Part shown: one piece after another, positions 17,912 through 27,088 of the stretch | Numbering within the stretch: the stretch's first letter is position 1 | Layout: every line of letters begins with the position of its first letter | Origin: a virus | Taxonomy: Duplodnaviria > Heunggongvirae > Uroviricota > Caudoviricetes | Virus record (IMG/VR): IMGVR_UViG_3300036453_000040 | DNA: 64,000 nt | Strand: one strand, 5' to 3' | Notes under the pieces: generated by a model | The model's input: only the letters and a program-made list of their open reading frames with translations | Told to the model about the DNA's origin: nothing | Databases searched by the model: none | Position numbers and translations under genes: made by a program

Positions 17912-20164
17912 TTAGAGTGCGCAGCTTACGCATTCCTGTGACTGTAGAGCATCAAGGTTTTCGTTCAAAACACGTACATAGTAGAACGTCTTAATTTCCG
18001 CAATTGGAAATTTAGCGAGAACGGTACCGCGCTCATCGAGAGCCTTGGTTGAAGGCTTGCCCTTTGAGTAGGCATAAAGCATCGTCTGCACGATGGTCTT
18101 TGTGGTAGCGCTAGAAACATACCCTAGAGTAAGAGACAAACCTTGATCTACATAAGACTGAGCAATTGAATATATGTCAATTACTTTCTTTGGGTCAATC
18201 GAGTACATGTCATGGTTCTGGAAGTACTTCTCATTTCCCTCTGCTTCAGGAGTAGGAACATAGATAGTTCCAATCTTGCCTTCTGTGCGCTGTTCAATAA
18301 GTCCACCAGGCGTGGCTACCGCCAGGGCGCTCGGAGTTGAGGCATTAATATATGAAATGGACCCCGTTGGGGGGACAGCCTGAAGGTTCTGGTTGTACAT
18401 TCCGTCCTTCTTTACCTTGGCTGCTAGCTCTGCCCAGTCCGCTGGAGTTGGTACGAAGATATCCTTGAAGATCTCTTTTACCTTGTCTGTGCGAGGCTGG
18501 AAGATAGCAGGGTCTTCAGGGTTAGCGTACTTCTCGAAGAACTCTCCAGAAGCGTACTTTGATCCCTTAAAGCTACCGAAGGTTTCGCCTTTTTCTTTCG
18601 CAATGAGGTTGCTCGCGCGAATTGCATGGTAGGTGATTACTTGGAAGTACATGTTGGTGAGGTCGAGGCTTTCTTCGTCTCCGTAGTACATGTGGTGGAA
18701 TGCGAATGCGCCGTGTAGGTTCATTGCTCCTAGTCCTACTGCGTGTGCGCGTGCGTTACCGTTTTTGACGGTTGGTACTGCGTCGATGCTGGACATGTCG
18801 GATACTTGGGTGAGTACGCGGATTGCGGTTTCTACTGTTTGTCCGAGGTCTTTGGATTGTAGTGCTTTGCGTACGTTTAGTGAGCCTAGGTTACATGAGA
18901 TGTCTTGTCCTAGTTCAGTGTAGATTTGGTCGTCGCCTAGGATGGATGGCAGTTGTGGCTGTAGGATTTCACTGCATAGGTTGGACATGATGATTTTGCC
19001 TGGTACTTGGTTGGCTCGGTTTACGGCGTCTTCGAAGACGATGTATGGGTAGCCTGATTCCATTTGGATTTCTGCAAGGGTGGAGAGGAAGTGACGTGGG
19101 TCAATTTTCTCTTTGCGGATGTTGGGGTTGTCTACTGCTTCGCGGTAGATTTCGCTTACGTTGATCCATGAGAATTGTTTGCCGTAGACTTGTTCTATGT
19201 CGTAGGGGGAGAAGAGGTACATTGGTTCGCCGCTGCGAGCTAGTTCGAATGTTATGTCTGGGATTACTACGCCTAGTGATAGGGTTTTGATTCGTACTGC
19301 GTCGTCGGCGTTTTCTCGTTTGGAGTCGAGGAATTCCATGATATCGAGGTGGTGGGCGTTGAGGTATACTGCGCCTGCTCCTTGGCGTGCTCCTAGTTGG
19401 TTTGCGTATGAGAATGTGTTTTCTAGGATTTTCATGACGGGGATTACGCCTGATGCTTGGTTTTCAATCTTTTTGATTGGGTCGCCTTTGGCGCGAATGT
19501 TGGAGAGGTTTAGTGCTACTCCTCCGCCTCGTTTGGAGAGTTGTCCTGCTGAGTTTACTGCTCGTAGGATTGAGTTGAGGTCATCTTCTACGTTGAGGAG
19601 GAAGCATGATACTAGGTCTCCTCGTTGTGCTTTGGAGGAGTTGAGGAATGTTGGGGTTGCGGGTTGGAAGATTCCGTTGATCATTTCGTCTGCGATTCGC
19701 ATTGCGAATGCTAGGTTACCGTCTGCGATGTAGAGGGCGGTTGCGGCGATGCGGTCTTCGAAGCGTTCTAGGAAGCGTTTGCCGTCGAATGTTTTGAGGG
19801 CGTAGGAGGTGTAGAATTTGTATGCTCCTGCGAAGCTGGGGAAGCGGAATTTTTTGGAGTATACGAATTTGTATACTTTTTTGATTGAGGCCATGGAGTA
19901 TTTGGCCATGTATTCTGCTTCGTAGTATTCTTCTTCTACTAGGAATTTAAGTTTTTCTTCTAGGTCGGTGAACCATTGGGTGTTTGGGTTGACGTGGTTG
20001 AGGAAGTATGCTCGGACTGCTTGGCGGTCTTTGTCATATTGTACTACTTTGTTGCCGTTTTCGTCGGTTTTCCAGAGGTTGAGTTCAGCGTTGAGTTTGA
20101 GGTAGTCTGAGCTGGTACCTGAGTTGACTGATTTTACGTCGTTTGTGTTAGATTGGATTGTCAT
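17912..20164 (-). CDS. nrdE: Class Ib ribonucleoside-diphosphate reductase alpha subunit
   Basis: 750-aa protein. Length and the conserved N-terminal and C-terminal regions (...YYVRVLNENLDALQSQECVSCAL) match NrdE. It lies downstream of nrdH and nrdI. Confidence 0.9.
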   Translation of the reverse strand: MTIQSNTNDVKSVNSGTSSDYLKLNAELNLWKTDENGNKVVQYDKDRQAVRAYFLNHVNPNTQWFTDLEEKLKFLVEEEYYEAEYMAKYSMASIKKVYKFVYSKKFRFPSFAGAYKFYTSYALKTFDGKRFLERFEDRIAATALYIADGNLAFAMRIADEMINGIFQPATPTFLNSSKAQRGDLVSCFLLNVEDDLNSILRAVNSAGQLSKRGGGVALNLSNIRAKGDPIKKIENQASGVIPVMKILENTFSYANQLGARQGAGAVYLNAHHLDIMEFLDSKRENADDAVRIKTLSLGVVIPDITFELARSGEPMYLFSPYDIEQVYGKQFSWINVSEIYREAVDNPNIRKEKIDPRHFLSTLAEIQMESGYPYIVFEDAVNRANQVPGKIIMSNLCSEILQPQLPSILGDDQIYTELGQDISCNLGSLNVRKALQSKDLGQTVETAIRVLTQVSDMSSIDAVPTVKNGNARAHAVGLGAMNLHGAFAFHHMYYGDEESLDLTNMYFQVITYHAIRASNLIAKEKGETFGSFKGSKYASGEFFEKYANPEDPAIFQPRTDKVKEIFKDIFVPTPADWAELAAKVKKDGMYNQNLQAVPPTGSISYINASTPSALAVATPGGLIEQRTEGKIGTIYVPTPEAEGNEKYFQNHDMYSIDPKKVIDIYSIAQSYVDQGLSLTLGYVSSATTKTIVQTMLYAYSKGKPSTKALDERGTVLAKFPIAEIKTFYYVRVLNENLDALQSQECVSCAL

Positions 20165-20193
20165 ATTTTTCTTTCTTTAAACCTTTGAGGCTT

Positions 20194-20619
20194 TTACGTT
20201 GTTTGTGGTGAGGGTTTGTTTTCCGTTTGGCCGAATTCTAAAAGGCCTGTTGTTACTTTTTGTACGTCTTCTGTGTTTCCTGCTAGGTCGAACTTGTAGA
20301 GGAGGGGCACGTTAAGTTTTGCTGCTATCATGTCGCCTGCTATGGCGTATTCTTCTCCGAAGTTTAAACTTCCTGCGCCTATTACTCCTACGCAGAGTGT
20401 GCGGTAGGTTTCGTTGGCTAGGAATTTGCGTACTTGTGGTGGTACGTGCCCATGTCCTGCTTCTCCGTAGGAGGGACATATGAGAACGTATTGGTTGGAG
20501 AGGTGAAGCTCAGCGGTACCTTTAAGTGGTATCCTGTGCACTTCGCCTTTCCAACCGAGTTTTTGTACGAATTTGGTTGTGTTGTTTGAAACGTTTGAGA
20601 AGTAAATTATGTCTAGCAT
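20194..20619 (-). CDS. nrdI: Flavodoxin-like NrdI
   Basis: 141-aa protein starting MLDIIYFSNVSNNTTKFVQKL, sitting between nrdH and nrdE. Confidence 0.85.
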   Translation of the reverse strand: MLDIIYFSNVSNNTTKFVQKLGWKGEVHRIPLKGTAELHLSNQYVLICPSYGEAGHGHVPPQVRKFLANETYRTLCVGVIGAGSLNFGEEYAIAGDMIAAKLNVPLLYKFDLAGNTEDVQKVTTGLLEFGQTENKPSPQTT

Positions 20620-20641
20620 ATGTGATTTATTATATCACGAG

Positions 20642-20866
20642 TTACGCGGTTAGCTCTTTAATTTTGTCTGGGCGAAATCCTGCCCATGATGCTTCTCCTG
20701 CGATTACTACTGGGGCGCTCATGAAGCCTAGTGCTTTTACTTTATCGTATGCTTCTTGGTCTTCGGTAATGTCTACTAGGGTGTAGTTGATTGATAGCGC
20801 GTCGAGTGCTTTTTTGGTTGCGGTGCATTGTACGCAGGAGGGCTTAGTGTATACTGTTACGGTCAT
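20642..20866 (-). CDS. nrdH: Glutaredoxin-like NrdH redoxin
   Basis: 74-aa protein with the CVQC active-site motif and a thioredoxin-fold pattern. Confidence 0.85.
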   Translation of the reverse strand: MTVTVYTKPSCVQCTATKKALDALSINYTLVDITEDQEAYDKVKALGFMSAPVVIAGEASWAGFRPDKIKELTA

Positions 20867-21037
20867 TTTGATGGTTCTTTCTTTGTTTTGGGGTAAAAAA
20901 TAACGCAGAACTATTTTTAAGCCAGTCCAGCGTATCTGTTTGTTGATATGGGTTATAGTGTTCTATCCCTATCGACCTTGATACGGGAAATGGTACTCTT
21001 TTTTGGGGCATGTGAGGGCATTTTGGGACATAAAAAA

Positions 21038-21085
21038 GCTACTCCCCTTTGTTCTAAAGGGGAGTAGCGGGGTAAAAGTTTTTTA
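21038..21085. terminator. Bidirectional terminator hairpin (12-bp GC-rich stem) flanked by A-run and T-run
   Basis: gctactcccctt-tgttcta-aaggggagtagc, with aaaaaa before and ttttt after. Confidence 0.5.
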
Positions 21086-21237
21086 AAGTTTTTTTAACAT
21101 TTTTTTAATAGTTGAGGTTTTTGAAGGTTTTACTATCTAACTGTATACAAGCTGAGAAAAGCTTAATTTTTAGGCCTATTTTACGTGATATTGACGAAAA
21201 ACATTTGTGCAATATTTACGCAAAATTATTAGTATTT

Positions 21238-21870
21238 TTAAAGCCTAGCGAGAAGTTCTTGTTTTTTCAGGTCGTACTCTTCTGGGGTGATGAAACCTTT
21301 TTCTCTCATTTCGCCAAGTTCGTTCAATTGTTTGAGAATAAGGTCTGGTCCTGAGAGCGGTGCGCTCATGTTCTGAACTGGTGGCAGTGGAGGTGCCACG
21401 AGAGGCCCTGTGCTGCCTGCTAAGGGGTTTTGACTTGCAGGTCTGCCCGAGTACCCATCGGGTTGCCTTTGTCGCCCCTTGGCGGCATCAGCGGTCAGTT
21501 GGCGGACAAGCTTAGTAAACTTAGCTCCCGCACTTCTACCAACCCAGTTATAAGAAGTTTCATCACCTTTACCATAAAGAGTGAATACTCCGAAGAAGAT
21601 CTTCGTGCTGAACTCTACTGAGCTAATGGTCTCATATGGGTAGTCTTGGTTTTCTCTAAAAACCCATCCATCATGAATGAAGAGTAAACGCTCGTTGGTT
21701 GCTACGACGATACCTCTGCCCCGCTTGTTGAGTCTGCTACCTGTGATGATACCAAGTACGCTTTCATCATTGTTAAGGTGTTGTCGTAGGCGACGTAATT
21801 CACGGTTTGAACCAAAGTTAAAAGCATTAGCTTTAGCGGCTTTTTTGATTTGTTCATCTAAGTTAGGCAT
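21238..21870 (-). CDS. Bacterial PH-like domain protein with a Pro-rich linker and C-terminal SHOCT domain
   Basis: C-terminal LKQLNELGEMREKGFITPEEYDLKKQELLARL is a SHOCT-type motif. The N-half resembles a bacterial PH (YokE-like) domain. Confidence 0.5.
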   Translation of the reverse strand: MPNLDEQIKKAAKANAFNFGSNRELRRLRQHLNNDESVLGIITGSRLNKRGRGIVVATNERLLFIHDGWVFRENQDYPYETISSVEFSTKIFFGVFTLYGKGDETSYNWVGRSAGAKFTKLVRQLTADAAKGRQRQPDGYSGRPASQNPLAGSTGPLVAPPLPPVQNMSAPLSGPDLILKQLNELGEMREKGFITPEEYDLKKQELLARL

Positions 21871-21983
21871 GTTAATATTCCTATCGGTCTAGCTAGTACT
21901 ATCAGGTGAGGATGAAACTTGGAAGGGGCTAAGAGCCAGAGACTAATCCTCTGGCTCTTAGCCCCTTCCAAGTACTTATTTAC

Positions 21984-24900
21984 TTAGTTGTCAGAATCAA
22001 CAACGGTTGTTCCTTTTTTACGACGCTTGTAAGCTACGCTACCTGCTAGAAGTCCCATACCTAGAAGTAGCACTCCTATGGCACCAGCGGCGGATGCTGA
22101 GCTATCTACTCCCGTGCGGGCGAGCGTTGTAGCTTTGTCCGTTTGCGTTTTCTTAACCTCAGCTGCGGTTGGAGCTACAGCGGTTGGAATAGCGGTCGGG
22201 ATAATGGTTGGGATAATAACGGATGTGTCAGCAACAACGAACTTTCCAGCAACAATAATGTTACCGTTCTTATCCATGATAACTAGCGTGTGATTACCAG
22301 CGTTTAGGTTAGCTCCAGAGATATCAAAGTCGATAACTCCGTTGGCGGGAACCTGAACCCAGCCAAGTCCGAATGGGGTAGAGTATGCGTAACCGTAAAC
22401 CCATGTTCCCGCTTCCATGCCAGTTAAGGTGGTGCTAACAGTGTTAGCGTTCTTCTGGGTAACTACGCCTTCTGGCGCTTCTTCGATTACGGTCTCGCTT
22501 GGAGCTACTGGAGCGTCAGCGGGAGCGGTGAGGAAGATACCAGCAACGTTAGTTGCTACTGATGCGCCCTTAGCGTTGTTTGCTAGAACTGAGAACGTGT
22601 ATGCTGTGTCAGCAGCCAATTCAAGCGTTACGGAAAGAGTATCTCCAGTTACCTCACGAGTTGCCTCGCCTAGTTCGCTCTTCATGGTAACGAGGTAGCT
22701 AGTGATTACGCTTCCACCGTTGTACTTAGGAGCAGTCCATGTGACGGTTACTTCCTGATCTCCTACAGTTTCAGCAGTTGCGGTAGCAGGAGCGTCAGAG
22801 ATAACTGCTTCTACTGTTACCTCGTTTGAGGTTGCAGCGGGAGAGTTACCAGCAGAGTTAGTTGCAGTTACTTTAACAGTGTAGTTTTGGCCACGAGCAA
22901 CATTAGAGAAGGATACTTCCTCAGAAGTTACATTCTTTGTTGCTACGATCTGGTTGTTAGCGTTTACTAGCGTTGCAGTGTAACCTGTTACGGTTGCTCC
23001 ACCATTGGACGTAGGAGCAGTCCATGTTGAGGCTACCGTAGTATCAGAAACAGTTGCTACTAGGTTGTTTACGGCAGAGGAGGCTACAGCATTGGTGGTG
23101 ATTGATTTAGACGCTGCGGTTGAGGTGCCTACGCTGTTGATTGCAGCAACTTCTACCGTGTATTCAGTTACGGGGTTTAGTCCAGCAAATGAAACGGTGA
23201 AAGTGTTAGCATCAGTGTTCTTAGATTCAAGAACGGTAGTACCGTTTAGGATGGTTACCTTGTAACCAGTGATTGCACTTCCTCCGTCAAAGACTGGGGC
23301 GGTCCACTTTGTTACAATGGTGGTTGAACCATCTAGGCTTAGATTAACAGTTGATGGTGCACCTGAAATAATTGCGTCAACGTGAACGGTGTTTGAGCTA
23401 GCTGCAACTGAAACTCCAGCTGAGTTGGTAGCCACTACAACAACCTTGTAGTTCTTTCCACGAGGTACGTTGGAGAACGCTACGTTAGTTGACGTAACAG
23501 TTTTTGTACTGATGTTCATGTTAGTGTCAACGTTTACTAGGGTAGCAGTGTAACCTGTTACGGTTGCTCCGCCATCCTTAGCAGGAGCAGTCCATGTTGC
23601 AGAAACAACGTTAGATGCAGCTGAGGATACAACGTTAACTGGTGCGGATGCTGCGATTGCTTCTGTAGTAATAGTTTTCTCTACAGCAGTGCTTGTTCCA
23701 GCAGAGTTCGTAGCTGTGATGCTAACCGTGTAAGTGGTAACAGGGTTAAGGTTTTCGAAAGTCGTACTGAGGATAGATACTTTACGAGTTTCGATTACGG
23801 TTGCACCATCGAGGAGCGTTACAGTATAACCTGTTACGGTTGCTCCACCGTTGTTAGCAGGAGCAGCCCATGTAGCTACAATTGCCGTTGCTCCTGAAAG
23901 CTTAAGGTTGGCGGACTGTACTACGCTGGGTGCAATAGCTGGAATTGCAACAGTTGCAGACTTGCTGGCAGGGCTGGTTCCTACGGTGTTCTTAGCTGAT
24001 ACAACAACAAAGTAGCTTTGGGCACGGTCTAGACCAGTGAACGAGGCGCTTGTAGTGGTAACGTTTTGAGTTGCTACGGTTGCACCGTTTGCGGCGTTCT
24101 TCAATACAGCAATGTAACCTGTTATGGTTGCACCACCGTTAGATGAGGGAGCAACCCATGTTGAGTTAACAGTGGTTCCGTTAACTGCGGCTTCTACGGT
24201 GCGAGGAGCAGAAGGTGCAACTGCGCTTGTAGTAATGCTGTCAGATACGGTTGCACTTGAACCGATTGCATTTACTGCGCTTACGGTTACAGTGTAAGCA
24301 GTTACAGGGTTTAGGTTAGGAATGGTGATCATAGGAGAGGTTGCCGTAAAGTTCTGGGTACCATCAACACTAGTTAGAACAACATTATAACCAGTGATTG
24401 CACTTCCACCGTTGGACGTAGGAGCGGTCCATGTTGCAGTAATGCTCGTTGAGTTCACAATTGCTAGGTTAAGAGCGGTAACTGCCTGAGGTGCTTCTGC
24501 ATCTGTTTTCACGTTAGCAGACTTAGCCGTGTTACCAGAGGTAAGCGTGGAGAAGGTTTGAACACTTGCAAAGTATACAGTACCAGGGTTTAGGCCAGTA
24601 AAGTTAACAGTAGTTACAGTGCTAGCAACAGTTTTCGTTGAAGCAAGCTTTCCAGTTGCTACGTCATAAACATCTACCTTGTAGGACGCAAGAGGTTTCG
24701 TTCCTTCTGTTAGGGGAGCGGACCATGTTGCAGTGGCGGTACGTGAACCTGTGACTGATAGTACTACGTTCTGTGCGTCAGAGGGAGGCGTAGGAGTTGA
24801 AACCTCGTTGGAAGTTGCTCCGTTGCTTTCAAACTGAGTGTTCTTAGCGAACACGCGAACTGAGTAAACAGTGGAAGTGGCAGCATCAGAGAACATTACG

Positions 24901-26984
24901 TTGGTAGTAGTTACGGTTTTTTCTGCAACAACTACACCACCAGTGATTAGTTCTACACGGTAGCTGGAGATTGCTTTTCCACCATCATCAGAAGGAGCGG
25001 TCCATTCAGCAGTTAGGATACCTGAATCATCGGAGGAAAGAAGAGGAGCGAAAGGAGCGCTGGGCTTCTCTAGAAGAGTAGCAAAGGCAGCGGCAGCGTT
25101 AGCTGAAGTTCCACGAGCGTTAATAGCTGAAACAGTTACCATGTAGTTATTTCCACGGATAAGACCTGCAACAGCAAGGGTTGAAGTTGTTTCGCTAACG
25201 GTTACATTTTTGATGGTACCGTTGTTTGAATCGGTTACGATTACGTTATAACCAGTGATTGCACTTCCACCGTTGTACTCAGGGGCAACCCATGCAATAG
25301 TTGCACTTGTTGAGGTTACGGATGAGGTCTTAACTGCGGTTGGAGCATCAGGAGCGGTAGGCGTGCGAGGCACATCTACTACGGCTGATGCTGAGCTATT
25401 AGCGGAGTTTCCTACACTGTTAACGGCTGCTACCTTGAAGGTGTAGCTTGTCCCAGAGTTAATTTGTGTTGCGGTTAGCGTAGTTGCATTTACAGTGCCA
25501 CCAGCAATTGACTTGGTGAAGGCAGCGGTAGTTGAACCGTTAGCGTAAGCGGACACGAGGTAACCAGTGATTGCAGTTCCACCGTTATCAGTGGGGGTAG
25601 CCCACGTGAGGTCGATAATTTGTTCATCTACTAGGTTAGCAGTAACGTTGGTAGGTGAGTTAGCAACGTTGAGAGCTACAACTAGGTCGCTTGATACAGC
25701 AGCGGGGCCAGTACCAGCAGTGTTCTTAGATACTACTGAAACGCGGTAGGTGGAACCCTTAGCTACGGTGAAAGAAGTTGAGGTACCAGTTACGGCTTTA
25801 GTTGTTACGGTTGCTCCAGTTGAAACATTAATAAGTGAAACATCATAACCAATAACGGTTCCACCACCGTTGTTGGTGGGTGCAAGCCATGTTGAGTTAA
25901 CTGTGGTTGTAGTTCCAGACTGGGTAAGCGTTACGCTGCGAGCAGCAGAAGGCGGTGCGACAGCGGTTTTGAAGCTGAAAGCTGATACAGCTGAGGTTCC
26001 AACTGAGTTGGTAGCTGTAACGGTACCGTTGTAAACGGTTGCTGGAGTCAAACCAGTGTAAGCAGTGCTAGGCGAGGTAACGGTACGGTTTGCCTGAGAG
26101 TTAAGGGTAACCGTCCATGAGGTAATTGCAGCGCCACCGTCAGCACCTGTCCAGTTAACGGTTACACCACTTGAAGTTGGGGTACCAACTGAAACGCTGG
26201 GTGCAGCGGGAGGACCTGCAAGAGTTGACGCGGCAGAAATTTCAGACCATGTGCTGGGGCCAGTTGCGTTCTTCGCTCGAACGTCAACATCATACTGAAC
26301 TCCAGTTGCAAGGCCACTAATGGTAGCACTTGTAGTCGTGGAGCTTACGATGACGGGCGTTCCGCCACCTGTAGGAATAACTCGGAAGTCATATCCTGTT
26401 AGCGGCTGGTTACCCGTGATAGCAGGAGCCGTCCATGAACCAGAGATTGAACCGCTGCCAGCAGTTACGTTAGGAGCAGCGGGAGCCTGTGGGATAGTCT
26501 TAGAGGTGGAATAGTTAGCGAAGTTCTGAGTGAAGTAACCAATACCATCAACGATGAAGTAACCAATACCAATGTCACTGAAGTCCCCGAGAAGGTTGAC
26601 CTTGTGAGTAGGAGAGTTGAACCATGCGTTGGTTACTTCTGAAGGCTGGTAACCAGAGGCAACGTTTTCTCCTGCCCTATACCAGCCAGCAGGAATCTGG
26701 GTAGAATAATTAGGGTTGTGGTACATGGTGCGTTCGTTAGCCTGCTGCTCGGACCATGCCTGAGCTACAGAGTTAATCCCTGAGTTCAAACGCAGTGGCG
26801 GAAGACCAGCTGCGACACGGTAGGCGTTTGTATCAGCAAGAATAATCTGAACAGCTTCAGCGGATTGCTGGGGAGTTGCGGCATAAGCGGGTGCTGCTCC
26901 TAGAACAACTGATCCTGCGACACCTCCAAACATTAGTACTGGTGCTAGTATAAGTGCCAGTGCTTTTTTGGTAATCTTTTTCAA
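21984..26984 (-). CDS. Giant cell-wall-anchored surface protein: signal peptide, CAP/SCP domain, about 14 fibronectin type III repeats, Pro/Thr stalk, and LAxTG sorting signal
   Basis: N-terminal signal peptide. CAP-like region (AAGLPPL..NS..N..AQ.WS...H...Y.EN). About 14 repeats of W.AP...GG..ITGY.V. C-terminal LARTG plus a hydrophobic segment plus KRRKK. Confidence 0.85.
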   Translation of the reverse strand: MKKITKKALALILAPVLMFGGVAGSVVLGAAPAYAATPQQSAEAVQIILADTNAYRVAAGLPPLRLNSGINSVAQAWSEQQANERTMYHNPNYSTQIPAGWYRAGENVASGYQPSEVTNAWFNSPTHKVNLLGDFSDIGIGYFIVDGIGYFTQNFANYSTSKTIPQAPAAPNVTAGSGSISGSWTAPAITGNQPLTGYDFRVIPTGGGTPVIVSSTTTSATISGLATGVQYDVDVRAKNATGPSTWSEISAASTLAGPPAAPSVSVGTPTSSGVTVNWTGADGGAAITSWTVTLNSQANRTVTSPSTAYTGLTPATVYNGTVTATNSVGTSAVSAFSFKTAVAPPSAARSVTLTQSGTTTTVNSTWLAPTNNGGGTVIGYDVSLINVSTGATVTTKAVTGTSTSFTVAKGSTYRVSVVSKNTAGTGPAAVSSDLVVALNVANSPTNVTANLVDEQIIDLTWATPTDNGGTAITGYLVSAYANGSTTAAFTKSIAGGTVNATTLTATQINSGTSYTFKVAAVNSVGNSANSSASAVVDVPRTPTAPDAPTAVKTSSVTSTSATIAWVAPEYNGGSAITGYNVIVTDSNNGTIKNVTVSETTSTLAVAGLIRGNNYMVTVSAINARGTSANAAAAFATLLEKPSAPFAPLLSSDDSGILTAEWTAPSDDGGKAISSYRVELITGGVVVAEKTVTTTNVMFSDAATSTVYSVRVFAKNTQFESNGATSNEVSTPTPPSDAQNVVLSVTGSRTATATWSAPLTEGTKPLASYKVDVYDVATGKLASTKTVASTVTTVNFTGLNPGTVYFASVQTFSTLTSGNTAKSANVKTDAEAPQAVTALNLAIVNSTSITATWTAPTSNGGSAITGYNVVLTSVDGTQNFTATSPMITIPNLNPVTAYTVTVSAVNAIGSSATVSDSITTSAVAPSAPRTVEAAVNGTTVNSTWVAPSSNGGATITGYIAVLKNAANGATVATQNVTTTSASFTGLDRAQSYFVVVSAKNTVGTSPASKSATVAIPAIAPSVVQSANLKLSGATAIVATWAAPANNGGATVTGYTVTLLDGATVIETRKVSILSTTFENLNPVTTYTVSITATNSAGTSTAVEKTITTEAIAASAPVNVVSSAASNVVSATWTAPAKDGGATVTGYTATLVNVDTNMNISTKTVTSTNVAFSNVPRGKNYKVVVVATNSAGVSVAASSNTVHVDAIISGAPSTVNLSLDGSTTIVTKWTAPVFDGGSAITGYKVTILNGTTVLESKNTDANTFTVSFAGLNPVTEYTVEVAAINSVGTSTAASKSITTNAVASSAVNNLVATVSDTTVASTWTAPTSNGGATVTGYTATLVNANNQIVATKNVTSEEVSFSNVARGQNYTVKVTATNSAGNSPAATSNEVTVEAVISDAPATATAETVGDQEVTVTWTAPKYNGGSVITSYLVTMKSELGEATREVTGDTLSVTLELAADTAYTFSVLANNAKGASVATNVAGIFLTAPADAPVAPSETVIEEAPEGVVTQKNANTVSTTLTGMEAGTWVYGYAYSTPFGLGWVQVPANGVIDFDISGANLNAGNHTLVIMDKNGNIIVAGKFVVADTSVIIPTIIPTAIPTAVAPTAAEVKKTQTDKATTLARTGVDSSASAAGAIGVLLLGMGLLAGSVAYKRRKKGTTVVDSDN
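22300..26450 (-). repeat. Intragenic array of about 14 FN3-domain coding repeats
   Basis: Periodic protein repeats of about 90 aa. Related DNA segments recur. Confidence 0.55.
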
Positions 26985-27088
26985 CAGGGTTTCCTTCTCT
27001 AGGGTTTTACTCTACCACTAATATCGTGTCTTAGAGCAGCTATGTACATGATTCTATACTATTTTTTTAAAAAAAGCAAATAAAACTA

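Noticed and set aside
18393-19733. Antisense ORFs inside nrdE (18393-18632, 18690-18923, 19254-19733)
   Set aside because: They are embedded in a highly conserved housekeeping gene and have no ribosome-binding site or promoter context. They are frame artefacts.
20867-21000. NrdR boxes upstream of nrdH
   Set aside because: No pair of 16-bp palindromes resembling the NrdR consensus was found. Only partial matches (for example cactata) are present.
22078-26514. Several 60-90-aa ORFs on the plus strand inside the giant surface-protein gene (22078-22293, 22417-22698, 23005-23265, 25255-25446, 25567-25749, 26320-26514)
   Set aside because: They are antisense to a long, well-supported FN3-repeat CDS. 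Repetitive Thr/Ala/Val-rich coding DNA readily yields open antisense frames. None has a start context.
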